Source of the DNA: an uncultured Gemmatimonadota bacterium
Lineage (GTDB): Bacteria; JAAXHH01
Direction of reading: 5' to 3'
Assembly (NCBI GenBank): GCA_951812955.1
Contig: OX638340.1
Location: forward strand, 1,312,001-1,376,000
Length of the DNA: 64,000 nt
Translations under genes and position numbers: made by a program
Shown here: piece by piece, positions 9,195-18,846 of the stretch
Layout of the letters: each line of letters starts with the position of its first letter
Numbering within the stretch: the stretch's first letter is position 1
Notes under the pieces: generated by a model
What the model was told of the DNA's origin: nothing
Database searches by the model: none
Seen by the model: only the letters and a program-made list of their open reading frames with translations

Positions 9195-10280
9195 ATGGAC
9201 CGTATCAGGATCGGCGTGATCGGCTGCGGTGCGATCGCCCAGATTCAGCATCTGCCCCATATCGCCGAGCTCCGGGACCGGTACGAGCTGGCTGGGCTTT
9301 GCGACGCGTCCGCGAAGCTCGTGGACTTCATCGGCGGGATGTACCACGTACCCCAACGCGCCCGGGTCACCCGGTACGAGGAACTCCTCGGACTCGATCT
9401 CGACACCGTGCTGCTGTGTTTCGCCGACCCCAAGACCGAAGTGGCCGTCGCCGCGCTGAATGCGGGAAAACACGTCTTCATCGAGAAGCCCATGTGCTTT
9501 ACGGTCAAGGATGCGGACCGGATCATCGGTGCCGCCGAGGCTTCGGGCAAAACCCTGATGGTGGGGTACATGAAGCAGCACGACCCGGGATACCAGTTCG
9601 CGCGGAACGAGGTCCTCGCCATGTCGGATATCCGCTTCATCCAGGCCAACCACCTCCACTGCGGCAACGACCGGCACCTCCAGGAATTTAAGCTGTATGC
9701 CTTTGACGACGTTCCGCGCGACCTGATGGAGGACACGGCGCGGAGACGGGAACAGACCGTCCGGGATGCCATAGGCGACGCCCCGGAAGCAGCCCGCCGC
9801 ATCTTCTTCTCCCTTTCCGGAAGCATGATCCACGACATCAGCAGTTTGCGCGGCATGTTCGGGCCGCCGGAACGCGTGATCAGCGCGGAAGTATGGCGGG
9901 ACGGAACCAGCGTAACGACCGTGCTGGCCTACGAGAACGACGCGCGCTGCTCGGCGACCTGGACGAGCCTGCCAGGCCTGCATGATTTTCGGGAGACTCT
10001 GGAAGTCTTTGGCGCGGAGCGCCGCGTGAGCATCCGGTTTCCCACGGGATTCGACCGGGGACTGCCGACTCCGGTGACGGTGCAGGGCATGGACGGCGAA
10101 CAGCCCTGGAAGAAGGAACTCGTCGTAAACAAGCAGAATGCCTTCAAACTGGAAATGATCCACTTTCATGATTGCGTCGTGAACGGAAAACAGCCCATCA
10201 CCGACGGATACGGCGCCCGGCAGGACCACGCCCTGTGCCGGGACATCGTCAACGCGTACCTGGGGAAAAACACTACATGA
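9195..10280 (+). CDS. Gfo/Idh/MocA family oxidoreductase
   Basis: N-terminal Rossmann motif RIGVIGCGAIAQ and EKPM motif (HVFIEKPM). Length 361 aa. Confidence 0.85.
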   Translation: MDRIRIGVIGCGAIAQIQHLPHIAELRDRYELAGLCDASAKLVDFIGGMYHVPQRARVTRYEELLGLDLDTVLLCFADPKTEVAVAALNAGKHVFIEKPMCFTVKDADRIIGAAEASGKTLMVGYMKQHDPGYQFARNEVLAMSDIRFIQANHLHCGNDRHLQEFKLYAFDDVPRDLMEDTARRREQTVRDAIGDAPEAARRIFFSLSGSMIHDISSLRGMFGPPERVISAEVWRDGTSVTTVLAYENDARCSATWTSLPGLHDFRETLEVFGAERRVSIRFPTGFDRGLPTPVTVQGMDGEQPWKKELVVNKQNAFKLEMIHFHDCVVNGKQPITDGYGARQDHALCRDIVNAYLGKNTT

Positions 10281-11209
10281 AGATCGTCTTCTGTACCCTG
10301 ACACTCAGTCCGTACCGTTCACCCGAAGCCGCGGAGCGAGGCTATCCCCTGGCCGAGGAGCGCAAACCCGTGTGGGACTGGCTCGTCCGTCACGGATTCG
10401 ACGGGATCGACCTGGGTGAGACCTGGTTCAACTTCTACGACGCCCCGGACGAGGTCCTGGTCGAACTCGGCGAGGAGGCGCGCGAGCATAGTCTCGAAAT
10501 CGGCGGACTGACCGTTCTGCGCAAGATCATCACCTGGCCGGCCCCGGAAGAGGTCCGCGCGACGAACCGGGGACTGCTGCGAAGGGCGGTAAAAGCGGCC
10601 CAACTCGCCGGCGCGCCGCTCGTCAACATGTCCATTTCGCCGCAACCCTGGGAAGTTGGCGTGCGCGAACAGGATCTCCGGGGACAGTCCGACCCGGTGG
10701 GCAGCAGCCTGCGGGCGCGGGACGAAGACTACGAGGAAGCCGCCGGGGTGTTGAAAGCGCTGGCCAGGGAGGCCGAACCGGAAGGCACCGAACTGACGCT
10801 GGAACTGCACCAGAACAGCATCGTGGACACCCCGGAGGGCATGCTGCGGCTCATCGATCTCGTCGGCCATCCCCTGATCAAGGCGAATCCGGACCTCGGC
10901 AATTTCTACTTCGCCTACGCGACACCCGACGGCGGCTGGGACGACGTGTGCCGGATGCTGGCGCCGCACACCAACTTCTGGCACGTCAAGAACATACAGC
11001 GGATCTACTTCCAGGAAGAAGACCGCGCACAGCACATCAACGCGCCACTCGGCGAGGGCATGATCGATTACCGGCGGGCGCTCCGGATCCTGCGGGACGG
11101 CGGATTCGACGGATATATCAGTATCGAGCTGGCCACGGGCGCCGATCCCTTCAACGCGATCCTGTCCGGGAAGCGATACCTGGACGAAATGATGCAGGAC
11201 GGGATCTGA
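10277..11209 (+). CDS. sugar phosphate isomerase/epimerase (xylose isomerase-like TIM barrel)
   Basis: Start ATG overlaps the upstream stop (ATGA). The sequence is TIM-barrel-like (LELHQNS..., ISIELATG). The longer ORF starting at 10172 overlaps the upstream gene and was rejected. Confidence 0.75.
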   Translation: MKIVFCTLTLSPYRSPEAAERGYPLAEERKPVWDWLVRHGFDGIDLGETWFNFYDAPDEVLVELGEEAREHSLEIGGLTVLRKIITWPAPEEVRATNRGLLRRAVKAAQLAGAPLVNMSISPQPWEVGVREQDLRGQSDPVGSSLRARDEDYEEAAGVLKALAREAEPEGTELTLELHQNSIVDTPEGMLRLIDLVGHPLIKANPDLGNFYFAYATPDGGWDDVCRMLAPHTNFWHVKNIQRIYFQEEDRAQHINAPLGEGMIDYRRALRILRDGGFDGYISIELATGADPFNAILSGKRYLDEMMQDGI

Positions 11210-11321
11210 GAGGCCGGCGATTTCCGGCCTGATTCCGGCATGACTATCGGCCTGATTCCGGCCTGATTCCCTTTAGCATCTTCCGGGTTTATTCCAATGG
11301 GCTTACCCACCTGATTCCTAT

Positions 11322-12566
11322 GTGGAAATCACCTTGAAACTGAACTTCTTCCAGATGTTTGCGCTGATGGGCCCGGGCATCGCCGTGGCGGCCACCGGGG
11401 TCGGCGCGGGCGACATGATCTCGGCAACCAACGCCGGGGCGAAATTCGGCACCGTGCTCCTGTGGGCCATCGTCTACGGCGCCGTACTCAAATTCGCCCT
11501 GAACGAGGGGATCGGCCGCTGGCAATTGGCGACCGGCACCACGCTGCTGGAAGGGTGGGTGGAACGCCTCGGCAGGCCCGTCCAGTATTTCTTCCTGCTG
11601 TACCTGGTCATCTGGTCCTTCCTGGTCGGAGGCGGACTGCTTTCGGCTTCCGGCCTGGCCGGCCACACGGTTTTTCCGTCTCTTTCGGTCGCCCAATGGG
11701 GTGTCATCCACGCCCTGGCGGCGTGCCTCATGGTCTGGTTAGGTAGATTCGGGTTTTTCCTGAAGGTCATGAAAGTGCTCATCGGCCTGATGTTCGTTAG
11801 TTTCCTGATCAGCGCCTGGGCGCTGCGTCCCGATCTGGGCGACGTCGTTCGGGGTATCGCGATACCCAGCGCGCCATCCGGATCGGTGGTCGCGGTACTG
11901 AGCGTCCTAGGCGGTGTAGGCGGAAGCCTGTCCGTCATGTGCTACGGATACTGGATCCGCGAAGCCGGGCGAACCGGAAGCGAATGGGTGAAGGGCATCC
12001 GAATCGACCTGGCAGGCGCTTACATCCTGACGGGTTTCTTCGGTATCGCGGTTATGATCCTGGGCGCCCAGATCCAGCCCGAAGCCGTGGGCCTGGACAT
12101 TGTACTGAGCATGGCCGACCGGCTGGAAGTGGCGATGGGACCCTTCGGAAGGTGGTCCCTCTACCTGGGATTCTGGGCCGCGGTCATCACGTCGGTCCTG
12201 GGCGTCTGGCAGGGCATCCCCTATCTCTTCGCTGATTTCATGTCGTTGTTCAAAAACGCGTCCAGCGAGGACCGGGAGAACATGGTCCGCACCGATTCGC
12301 CCTACTACCGGGGGTTTCTGCTGTTTCTGACCTTTCCGACCATGGTCTTGCTGCTCTTCGACAGGCCGGTCGCCGTGGTCATCGTATACACCGTTGTCGG
12401 CGCGCTGTTCATGCCGTTCCTGGCCGGGACCCTGCTCTACATGAACTCCCGGAAGGACTGGGTCGGCAGGCTGAGGACGGGATGGTTGCTGAACGCGATG
12501 CTGATCCTCGCGCTGGTCCTCTTCCTTTACCTGGGCGTCAACCAGTTGATTCAAACCCTGGGCTGA
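11322..12566 (+). CDS. NRAMP-family divalent metal cation transporter-like membrane protein
   Basis: Polytopic membrane ORF of 414 aa with GPGIAVAATGVGAGDMISATNAGAKFG near the N-terminus. GTG start; the exact start is uncertain. Confidence 0.7.
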   Translation: MEITLKLNFFQMFALMGPGIAVAATGVGAGDMISATNAGAKFGTVLLWAIVYGAVLKFALNEGIGRWQLATGTTLLEGWVERLGRPVQYFFLLYLVIWSFLVGGGLLSASGLAGHTVFPSLSVAQWGVIHALAACLMVWLGRFGFFLKVMKVLIGLMFVSFLISAWALRPDLGDVVRGIAIPSAPSGSVVAVLSVLGGVGGSLSVMCYGYWIREAGRTGSEWVKGIRIDLAGAYILTGFFGIAVMILGAQIQPEAVGLDIVLSMADRLEVAMGPFGRWSLYLGFWAAVITSVLGVWQGIPYLFADFMSLFKNASSEDRENMVRTDSPYYRGFLLFLTFPTMVLLLFDRPVAVVIVYTVVGALFMPFLAGTLLYMNSRKDWVGRLRTGWLLNAMLILALVLFLYLGVNQLIQTLG

Positions 12567-12600
12567 CCACGGCCATCATCAGGAGAACGGAACAGAAGGC

Positions 12601-13773
12601 ATGACTCCGCACATCGGAATCGGCATTATCGGAATGGGCTGGATGGGCATGGTCCATGGCCGCGCCTACCGCCAGGTCCGGCAGCGATTCCACGAAAGCG
12701 AACTCCTTCCCGATCTGGTCATATGCGCCGACGATGTGGCAAACCGATGCGGGCAGGCCATGGACATGCTGGGATTCACGCGTACTACAACGGACTGGCG
12801 CAAGGTCATCGACGACCCCGAGGTGTCGGTTGTCAACATCACCGCGCCCAATTTACTTCACCTGGAAATGGTCCGCGCCGCCGCCGCCGCGGGCAAGCAT
12901 ATCTTCTGCGAGAAGCCCGTGGGCCGTTCCCCCGGCGAAACGGACGAAATCGCCCGGGCGGCCGCCGATGCCGGCGTGCTGACCTGGGTCGGATACAACT
13001 ACCGGTGGGCGCCGCTCGTGCAGCATACGCGCAGTCTCGTCGCAGACGGCAAGCTGGGGGACATCACCCATTACCGCGGCCGGTTCTTCGCGGGGTACGC
13101 GAGCCATCCGGACGGTGTGCTGTCGTGGCGATTTCAACGGGAACATGCGGGTAGCGGAGCCCTGGGCGACCTCATGTCCCACGTTGCCGACATGGCCCAC
13201 ATGCTCGCGGGACCCATCAGACGCGTAGTCGGCCAGCAGGCGCTGATCATCGAAGACCGGCCCGTCGCCCCAGCCGGCGAAGGCACCCATTTTTCCGTAG
13301 GGACCGGAGGCAATCGGGAACCGGTGACCAACGAAGACTACGCCGGGGCGCTGGTGGAATTCGAGAACGGCGCGCGGGGAACCTTCGAAGTCTGCCGCGT
13401 GATCCAGGGAACGAAATGCCAGATGGCCTTCGAGATCCACGGCACAAAAGGCGCGGTCCGGTGGGATTTCGAACGAATGAACGAACTTCAACTCTATTCC
13501 GTCGATGGCCTGCACGACGGTTTTGTAACGCTTCAGAGCGGTCCGGCCTATCCCGGGCATGCGCACTTCAACCCCGGGCCGGCCGTGGGACTGGGATACG
13601 ACGACCTAAAGGCGATCGAGACCTTCCACTTCCTGCAGTCCATCGCGGCGGGCAGACAGGGTGAACCGGGTTTCAGCGAAGCGCTGGCCGTCGCGCGGGT
13701 GCTTTCCGCGATCGAACGCTCCTGGTCGTCCGACCGGTGGGAAACGATCGACAGTTCCTGCCTTGATCGGTAG
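12601..13773 (+). CDS. Gfo/Idh/MocA family oxidoreductase (possible inositol dehydrogenase-like)
   Basis: [11 protein letters not shown] Rossmann motif and HIFCEKP motif. Lies next to iolD. Confidence 0.85.
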   Translation: MTPHIGIGIIGMGWMGMVHGRAYRQVRQRFHESELLPDLVICADDVANRCGQAMDMLGFTRTTTDWRKVIDDPEVSVVNITAPNLLHLEMVRAAAAAGKHIFCEKPVGRSPGETDEIARAAADAGVLTWVGYNYRWAPLVQHTRSLVADGKLGDITHYRGRFFAGYASHPDGVLSWRFQREHAGSGALGDLMSHVADMAHMLAGPIRRVVGQQALIIEDRPVAPAGEGTHFSVGTGGNREPVTNEDYAGALVEFENGARGTFEVCRVIQGTKCQMAFEIHGTKGAVRWDFERMNELQLYSVDGLHDGFVTLQSGPAYPGHAHFNPGPAVGLGYDDLKAIETFHFLQSIAAGRQGEPGFSEALAVARVLSAIERSWSSDRWETIDSSCLDR

Positions 13774-13866
13774 ATTCGGCCGTTGATCGATAGAGACAGG
13801 CCTATGATCGACAGTTCCGACCTTGATCGGCAGAACCGGCCGTTGATCGATCGAGACAGGCCGCGG
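13747..13866. repeat. 60-bp tandem direct repeat x2 straddling the stop codon of the upstream oxidoreductase gene
   Basis: Unit 1 is 13747-13806 and unit 2 is 13807-13866, aligned by eye with about 8 mismatches. The TAG stop in unit 1 corresponds to CAG in unit 2. Confidence 0.9.
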
Positions 13867-13916
13867 CCCTCCTCCCGATTCAACCGGGATCAGATATTCA
13901 AACGAAGGAGCAGACC

Positions 13917-15806
13917 ATGGCATATCCCCACGAAAAAGTCCGTCTGACCACGGCGCAGGCGGTGGTCAAATTCCTCTCGGTGCAGTACAGTGAACGGGAC
14001 GGCTCGGAGCGTCGTTTCATTCCTGCGATTTTTGGGATTTTCGGCCATGGGAACGTGGCGGGGCTGGGCCAGGCGCTTTTCGAGTACGGACAGGATCTGA
14101 CCTACCATCAGCCTTGCAACGAGCAGTCCATGGTGCACACGGCTTCGGGCTATGCCAAGGTGAACCACCGCATGGCCACGATTGCGTGTACGGCTTCCAT
14201 CGGACCGGGGTCGACCAACATGTTGTCCGGCGCGGCAACAGCCACGATCAACCGCCTGCCCGTGCTCCTGTTGCCTTCAGACTACTATGCCACCCGGTAC
14301 CAGGGCCCCGTGCTGCAGCAGCTTGAGCACCCGGTGTCCGCCGAAGTCAGCGTCAACGACTGCTTCCGACCGGTCAGCCGGTTCTTCGACCGGATCAACC
14401 GGCCCGAACAACTGCTTACCGCTCTACCGGAAGCCATGCGCGTACTCACCGATCCGGCCGATACCGGCGCCGTGACGATCTCGCTGCCGCAGGACGTGCA
14501 GGCCCACGCATACGACTATCCGGCCCACCTCTTCGAAAAGCGCACCTGGCGCGTGGAGCGCAGGCCGCCGACATCGGAACGCATCGCGGAGGCAATCGAA
14601 ATGCTCAAAGGTGCGAAGCGGCCCATGATCATCGCGGGCGGCGGCGTACACTACTCGGAAGCATGGGACGCCCTGGCGGAGTTCGCCGGGAACTGCGGCA
14701 TTCCCGTGGGAGAGACCTTCGGCGGCAAGGGCGCCATGCGCGAATCCTCGCCCTGGGCAATCGGCGGGTTCGGGGTGACCGGCACGCCGGCGGGCGCGAG
14801 GGTCGCCGCGGAGGCCGACCTGGTCATCGCCGTGGGGACGCGTTTGACCGATTTCTCCACGGGCTCGCAGTCGGCCTTTTCCCATCCCGACGTGCGATTC
14901 ATCGGCATCAACGTGGCCGGACACGACGCCTTCAAGCAAGGGGCTCTGCCGGTGACTGCCGACGCCCGGGAAGCGCTGCACGCGTTGATCAAGGCCGCCG
15001 GAGAGGCCGGTATCCGTCCCGATGAGGCGTACCTGGCCGAAATTCGACGCCGCCTGGATGCGCACAGCCGGTCCCTGCAGGAGGAAGTATACGTCGACCC
15101 TCCCGGAGAGGCCATGAGCCAGGCCCGTCTCATCCGGACGCTCAACGAGGAAGCCATGGACGGTGATTGCGTCATTGCCGCGGCGGGCAGCCCGCCGGGC
15201 GACCTGCACCGGCTCTGGGACGTGACGGGCGGCGCGGCCTGCTATCTGGAGTTCGGCTTCTCGTGCATGGGCTGGGAACTGCCGGCCGGCCTGGGTACCC
15301 GCATGGCCGGGAAACACGACGAGGTCTACGTCTACATCGGCGACGGGACCTACCTGATGAACCCCACCGAACTGATGACCGCCATGCAGGAAGGCCTCAA
15401 GGTGACCGTCGTCATCTCGGAGAACCACGGTTACCAGATCATCCGTGCGCTGCAGATGGCCCGGGCGGGCCGGTCGTTCGGCAACGAGTTCCGGGGACGA
15501 GACACCGATTCGGACCGCCTGGAAGGGGCATACCTGAAGATCGATTTCGCGGCCAATGCCGAGAGTTTCGGCGCGCGGGCATGGCACGTCAAGTCACCGG
15601 ACGCGCTGCGACAAGCCCTCCGTGAGGCCCGATCGGAGACGCGGGCCTGCGTGATCGTGTGCGAGACCGAGAAACACCGCTACCTGCCGCCCTCAGACGT
15701 CTGGTGGGACATCGCGTCCGCCGAGGCGACCAACGATCCCATGACGCGGAAGCTGCGCGAGGGTTACGAGGCCGAACGGCGCAAGAGCCAGCGGTTTCAT
15801 TACTAA
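13917..15806 (+). CDS. iolD: 3D-(3,5/4)-trihydroxycyclohexane-1,2-dione acylhydrolase (TPP-dependent, IolD)
   Basis: The N-terminus VRLTTAQAVVKFLSVQYSERDG...IFGIFGHGNVAGLGQAL matches IolD as I recall it. The TPP-binding region is GDGTYLM. Length 629 aa. Confidence 0.85.
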   Translation: MAYPHEKVRLTTAQAVVKFLSVQYSERDGSERRFIPAIFGIFGHGNVAGLGQALFEYGQDLTYHQPCNEQSMVHTASGYAKVNHRMATIACTASIGPGSTNMLSGAATATINRLPVLLLPSDYYATRYQGPVLQQLEHPVSAEVSVNDCFRPVSRFFDRINRPEQLLTALPEAMRVLTDPADTGAVTISLPQDVQAHAYDYPAHLFEKRTWRVERRPPTSERIAEAIEMLKGAKRPMIIAGGGVHYSEAWDALAEFAGNCGIPVGETFGGKGAMRESSPWAIGGFGVTGTPAGARVAAEADLVIAVGTRLTDFSTGSQSAFSHPDVRFIGINVAGHDAFKQGALPVTADAREALHALIKAAGEAGIRPDEAYLAEIRRRLDAHSRSLQEEVYVDPPGEAMSQARLIRTLNEEAMDGDCVIAAAGSPPGDLHRLWDVTGGAACYLEFGFSCMGWELPAGLGTRMAGKHDEVYVYIGDGTYLMNPTELMTAMQEGLKVTVVISENHGYQIIRALQMARAGRSFGNEFRGRDTDSDRLEGAYLKIDFAANAESFGARAWHVKSPDALRQALREARSETRACVIVCETEKHRYLPPSDVWWDIASAEATNDPMTRKLREGYEAERRKSQRFHY

Positions 15807-15817
15807 AGGAGATTCCC

Positions 15818-16702
15818 ATGAACATCCGCATCGGCAGTGCGCCGGACTCGTGGGGCGTCTGGTTTCCGGACGATCCGAGGCAGACGCCGTGGCAACGTTT
15901 CATGGACGAGGTGGCCGAAGCCGGCTATGAATGGATCGAACTGGGGCCCTACGGCTACCTGCCCGCGGATGTCGACAGGCTGAAAGGGGAATTGGACGGA
16001 CGCAGCCTGAAGGTGACCAGCGCTTTCGCCATGGGGAACCTGGAAGATCCGGGCAGATGGACCGAACTGGAGCAGCAGGTGGAGGGTGCGGGTGAACTGC
16101 TGGCCGCCACCGGCGCCGGCTACCTGGTCCTGATCGACGGAACTTACTCGGACCTCTTCACGGGAGAACTGATCGAGCCCAGGACCCTGGACGACGAAGC
16201 CTGGCGGCGTCTCGTCGACACGACCCACCGCGTAGCCGATCTCGCCCGGGACGCATACGGACTGCAACTCGTTTTCCACCCCCACGCGGAGACCCACGTG
16301 GAATACGAGGAGCAGATCGAACGTTTCCTGGCGGACACCGACCCCGGACGGGTGGCGCTTTGTTTCGACGTGGGACACCACGCCTATCGCGGGGGCGATC
16401 CGGTCGCGTTCCTCGAAAAACACCGCGACCGAATCCCCTACCTTCATCTCAAGAGCGTGGATCCGGAGAAACAACGGAAAGTGGACGAAGAGAACATCCC
16501 CTTTGCCGCGGCGGTGGCCATGGACATGTTCTGCGAACCTTCGGCGGGCGTTGTGGACTTCCCGGCATTGCTTGAATTGCTGAAACGCATCGATTACGAC
16601 GGATACGCCATCGTGGAGCAGGACATGTACCCCGCGCCGTTCGACAAACCCTTTCCTATCGCGAAACGGACGCTGGAGTACCTGCGGGAAATCGGGTTTT
16701 AA
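15818..16702 (+). CDS. sugar phosphate isomerase/epimerase (xylose isomerase-like TIM barrel), iol-cluster associated
   Basis: AAGGAG RBS before ATG 15818. N-terminus IGSAPDSWGVWFPDDP..., and EQD near the C-terminus. The ORF extension back to 15659 overlaps iolD and was rejected. Confidence 0.8.
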   Translation: MNIRIGSAPDSWGVWFPDDPRQTPWQRFMDEVAEAGYEWIELGPYGYLPADVDRLKGELDGRSLKVTSAFAMGNLEDPGRWTELEQQVEGAGELLAATGAGYLVLIDGTYSDLFTGELIEPRTLDDEAWRRLVDTTHRVADLARDAYGLQLVFHPHAETHVEYEEQIERFLADTDPGRVALCFDVGHHAYRGGDPVAFLEKHRDRIPYLHLKSVDPEKQRKVDEENIPFAAAVAMDMFCEPSAGVVDFPALLELLKRIDYDGYAIVEQDMYPAPFDKPFPIAKRTLEYLREIGF

Positions 16703-16726
16703 AGAAGCGCCAGGACCGCGCATCGA

Positions 16727-17203
16727 TCACTGGGCTCGAGCCTGCCGCCTGCGCATAGCTCCGGGCAGCCAGGTGAACAACGTACCCAGCGTGATGCTCC
16801 AGACCGAACCGGCGAGGAATGTGGCCCCCGCCACCATGCCGCCGTTTAGAATGATCATGAGTGGACCCTGGAAGTTTTCTCTTCTCCCGGAATTCTCTGG
16901 CGAAAACCGTCCGTGATCCAGACCGACAAAGTAGGCCGTCGAATAAGAAATCAGGTTTGGAATGAACCAGACAAGGAAAGCCACTACGAGCAGCGACCCC
17001 GCCACCCGCCTCCAGGCCAGATGGTCCCACCGGCCTTTCCAGCCGTAGTACAGGTACGCCAGGGGCATCAGAATGTAAACGCCGAGGTACATCGACTGGT
17101 CTGGCGCGACGAAATCCAGCAGAAGGCGCGTCGCCGCAACGACCCAGCCGAAGAACACGAGTCCGCGGATGTCCGACCAGAGCGACGGTTGGTCCAATGT
17201 CAT
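16727..17203 (-). CDS. hypothetical integral membrane protein
   Basis: 158-aa ORF with about 4 hydrophobic segments. No recognised motif. Confidence 0.5.
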   Translation of the reverse strand: MTLDQPSLWSDIRGLVFFGWVVAATRLLLDFVAPDQSMYLGVYILMPLAYLYYGWKGRWDHLAWRRVAGSLLVVAFLVWFIPNLISYSTAYFVGLDHGRFSPENSGRRENFQGPLMIILNGGMVAGATFLAGSVWSITLGTLFTWLPGAMRRRQARAQ

Positions 17204-17240
17204 TTAGATTCCTCCCTGAAACAGATTTGAGGGGATGATC

Positions 17241-17329
17241 AGTACTGAAAGTTTGCGGACCGTTTGTCCGCGAGCCAGCACTTCAATACTGGAAATGGGC
17301 CGACCGTTTGTCCGCGAGCCAGCCCTTAA
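17241..17329. repeat. 44-bp tandem duplication of the last 13 codons plus stop of the cupin/epimerase gene
   Basis: Minus-strand gene end reads GWLADKRSAHFQY-TGA. Five nt downstream a second copy encodes CWLADKRSANFQY-TGA. The differences are mostly third-position. Confidence 0.9.
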
Positions 17330-17912
17330 AAGAACGCGCGTCCCGGTCCTTCCCGGAAATGATGGCCTTTCCGGCAGTGACCTTGTCGAAAGCGCGCTTT
17401 AACCCGCTGTCGCACAAGGACCAGTCCAAATCCGGGGCCAGCGGCGAGATACCGGCCTGGTTGCCGGGGCTGTATTCCCCGTCGCACAGGTACTCCAGGA
17501 CGCAGTCGGTCGTGCAGAAGAACCCGTGGGCGAATCCCGGCGGAACCCAGATCCAATCTCCGTGGTCCGCTTCGGGATCCTCTGAGATGTCCCGGGCGAC
17601 GATCCTGCCCAGAGTGGGAGACCCCAGCCGGATATCCAGCGCCAGGTCCACGACGCGTCCGCGGACGGCCCTGACCAGTTTGCCCATATGGGGATTCCAC
17701 TGAAAATGGAGGCCTCGCACCACGCCGGCTCGGGAAAAACTCTCGTTGATCTGTAGAAACCGGACCTCGCGGAGGAAACTGGTCTCCGGGTGATGGACGA
17801 GATCGCCAAGACGGTAGGATTCCGTGAAGTAACCCCGCTCATCGGTGTACCGGCCGAAACGAATGACCTTCAGATCGGGGATCGCAAGGGTCTCCACCGC
17901 ATCGATCTTCAA
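17283..17912 (-). CDS. dTDP-4-dehydrorhamnose 3,5-epimerase-like cupin (RmlC family)
   Basis: FTDERGYFTESY, VRGLHFQ and KLVRAVRGRVVDLALDIR motifs. The start is set at TTG 17912, preceded by GGAAAGGAGG. The long ORF to 18122 has a non-homologous N-extension. Confidence 0.75.
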   Translation of the reverse strand: MKIDAVETLAIPDLKVIRFGRYTDERGYFTESYRLGDLVHHPETSFLREVRFLQINESFSRAGVVRGLHFQWNPHMGKLVRAVRGRVVDLALDIRLGSPTLGRIVARDISEDPEADHGDWIWVPPGFAHGFFCTTDCVLEYLCDGEYSPGNQAGISPLAPDLDWSLCDSGLKRAFDKVTAGKAIISGKDRDARSFKGWLADKRSAHFQY

Positions 17913-18099
17913 CCGGGCCTCCTTTCCTGGACGTTTTACAGGGGAACAAGATAGGGCAAGGCTGAACCTCACAGCAAGGACGAAATAGAAAGGGCGAGGG
18001 CTCAGCGCTTGACAAGACTGGGCCCATTCTGTTGATTCGGGACAATACCCTGAACACCTCCTGGCGACACCTGTTTCGGAAAGAAAGGACACTCGTTTT

Positions 18100-18828
18100 A
18101 TGACAGGAGACTCCGGTCCCACACCGGCGGAACGGAAGCAATGGGAGGACCTTGGATACCTTGTCTTCGAAGAGGCGATCAGCGGAGATGTGCTGGCCCG
18201 TCTACAGCACGCCTTTGACTACTGGGCGGAGGCCTGCAAGGAGGAATGGCTCGGCCGCATTGCCAAGGGTGAGGCCGCGGCGACCTATTACGACATCCCG
18301 AATACCCTGGAGAAGGACGACGTCTTCATCGATATCCTCGACCGGCCGAAGTATTACAGATATATAAAGGCCTTCGCGGGGGACGACGCCATCGTCATCG
18401 GCGAACAGGTGCGGACAGCGCCGGTCTGGACCACAAGCTACACGGGCTGGCATCCCGACGTACCTCCCAGCCACCCGCTGCATATCAAGGTGCAGGTTTA
18501 CGTGAACGACGTAGAGCCCGGCGGGGGGGAATTCGCCTTCGTACCGGGCAGTCACCGGCCTGGCGCGGGGCCCTATCCCCGGGTGAAGAACCTTGCGGCC
18601 ATGCCCGGCCACAAACGGTTTGCAGGCAAGGCGGGCACGGCGATCATGTTCAATTCATACGGCTGGCACGTGGCCATGGAGAACCATACCGAAACGCCGC
18701 GTAAGTCGATTATCCTGATTTACGAAAAACGGACTCCGGACCGCGTCGCCGAGAACGAGAATCGGTTCGCTTCCATCTCACACGCGCTGAACACGCCGGA
18801 ACGCCACCGGCTCTTCGGAATATCCTGA
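18100..18828 (+). CDS. phytanoyl-CoA dioxygenase (PhyH) family Fe(II)/2-oxoglutarate oxygenase
   Basis: WHPD (HxD) and a later H in GWHVAMENHT. Length 242 aa, typical family layout. Confidence 0.75.
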   Translation: MTGDSGPTPAERKQWEDLGYLVFEEAISGDVLARLQHAFDYWAEACKEEWLGRIAKGEAAATYYDIPNTLEKDDVFIDILDRPKYYRYIKAFAGDDAIVIGEQVRTAPVWTTSYTGWHPDVPPSHPLHIKVQVYVNDVEPGGGEFAFVPGSHRPGAGPYPRVKNLAAMPGHKRFAGKAGTAIMFNSYGWHVAMENHTETPRKSIILIYEKRTPDRVAENENRFASISHALNTPERHRLFGIS

Positions 18829-18846
18829 TTCGAGTCGAGAGGTAAC

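Noticed and set aside
8840-9219. ORFs 8840..9133 (-) and 8908..9219 (+) covering the tRNA region.
   Set aside because: They overlap two hand-folded tRNA-Arg genes, so the region is RNA-coding.
9135-10304. A 389-aa minus-strand ORF antisense to the Gfo/Idh/MocA gene. Similar long antisense ORFs occur at 14424..15587, 15803..16723, 20141..20899, 23094..23969, 28357..29445, 48469..49407, 53370..54236, 54867..55784, 59457..60731 and 60703..61947.
   Set aside because: All lie opposite ORFs with clear family motifs. Their compositions (Arg/Pro/Gly-rich, no hydrophobic core pattern) are typical of high-GC antisense frames.
13747-13866. Considered as a mini-CRISPR or an attC-like element.
   Set aside because: There are only two directly abutting units with no spacer between them. 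There is no similarity to the I-G repeat and no integron integrase. It is kept only as a tandem duplication.
17913-18122. An N-terminal 70-aa extension of the RmlC-like ORF.
   Set aside because: The extension has no similarity to the cupin family. A TTG start with a strong GGAAAGGAGG RBS sits exactly where the conserved N-terminus (KIDAVETLAIPDLKV) begins.
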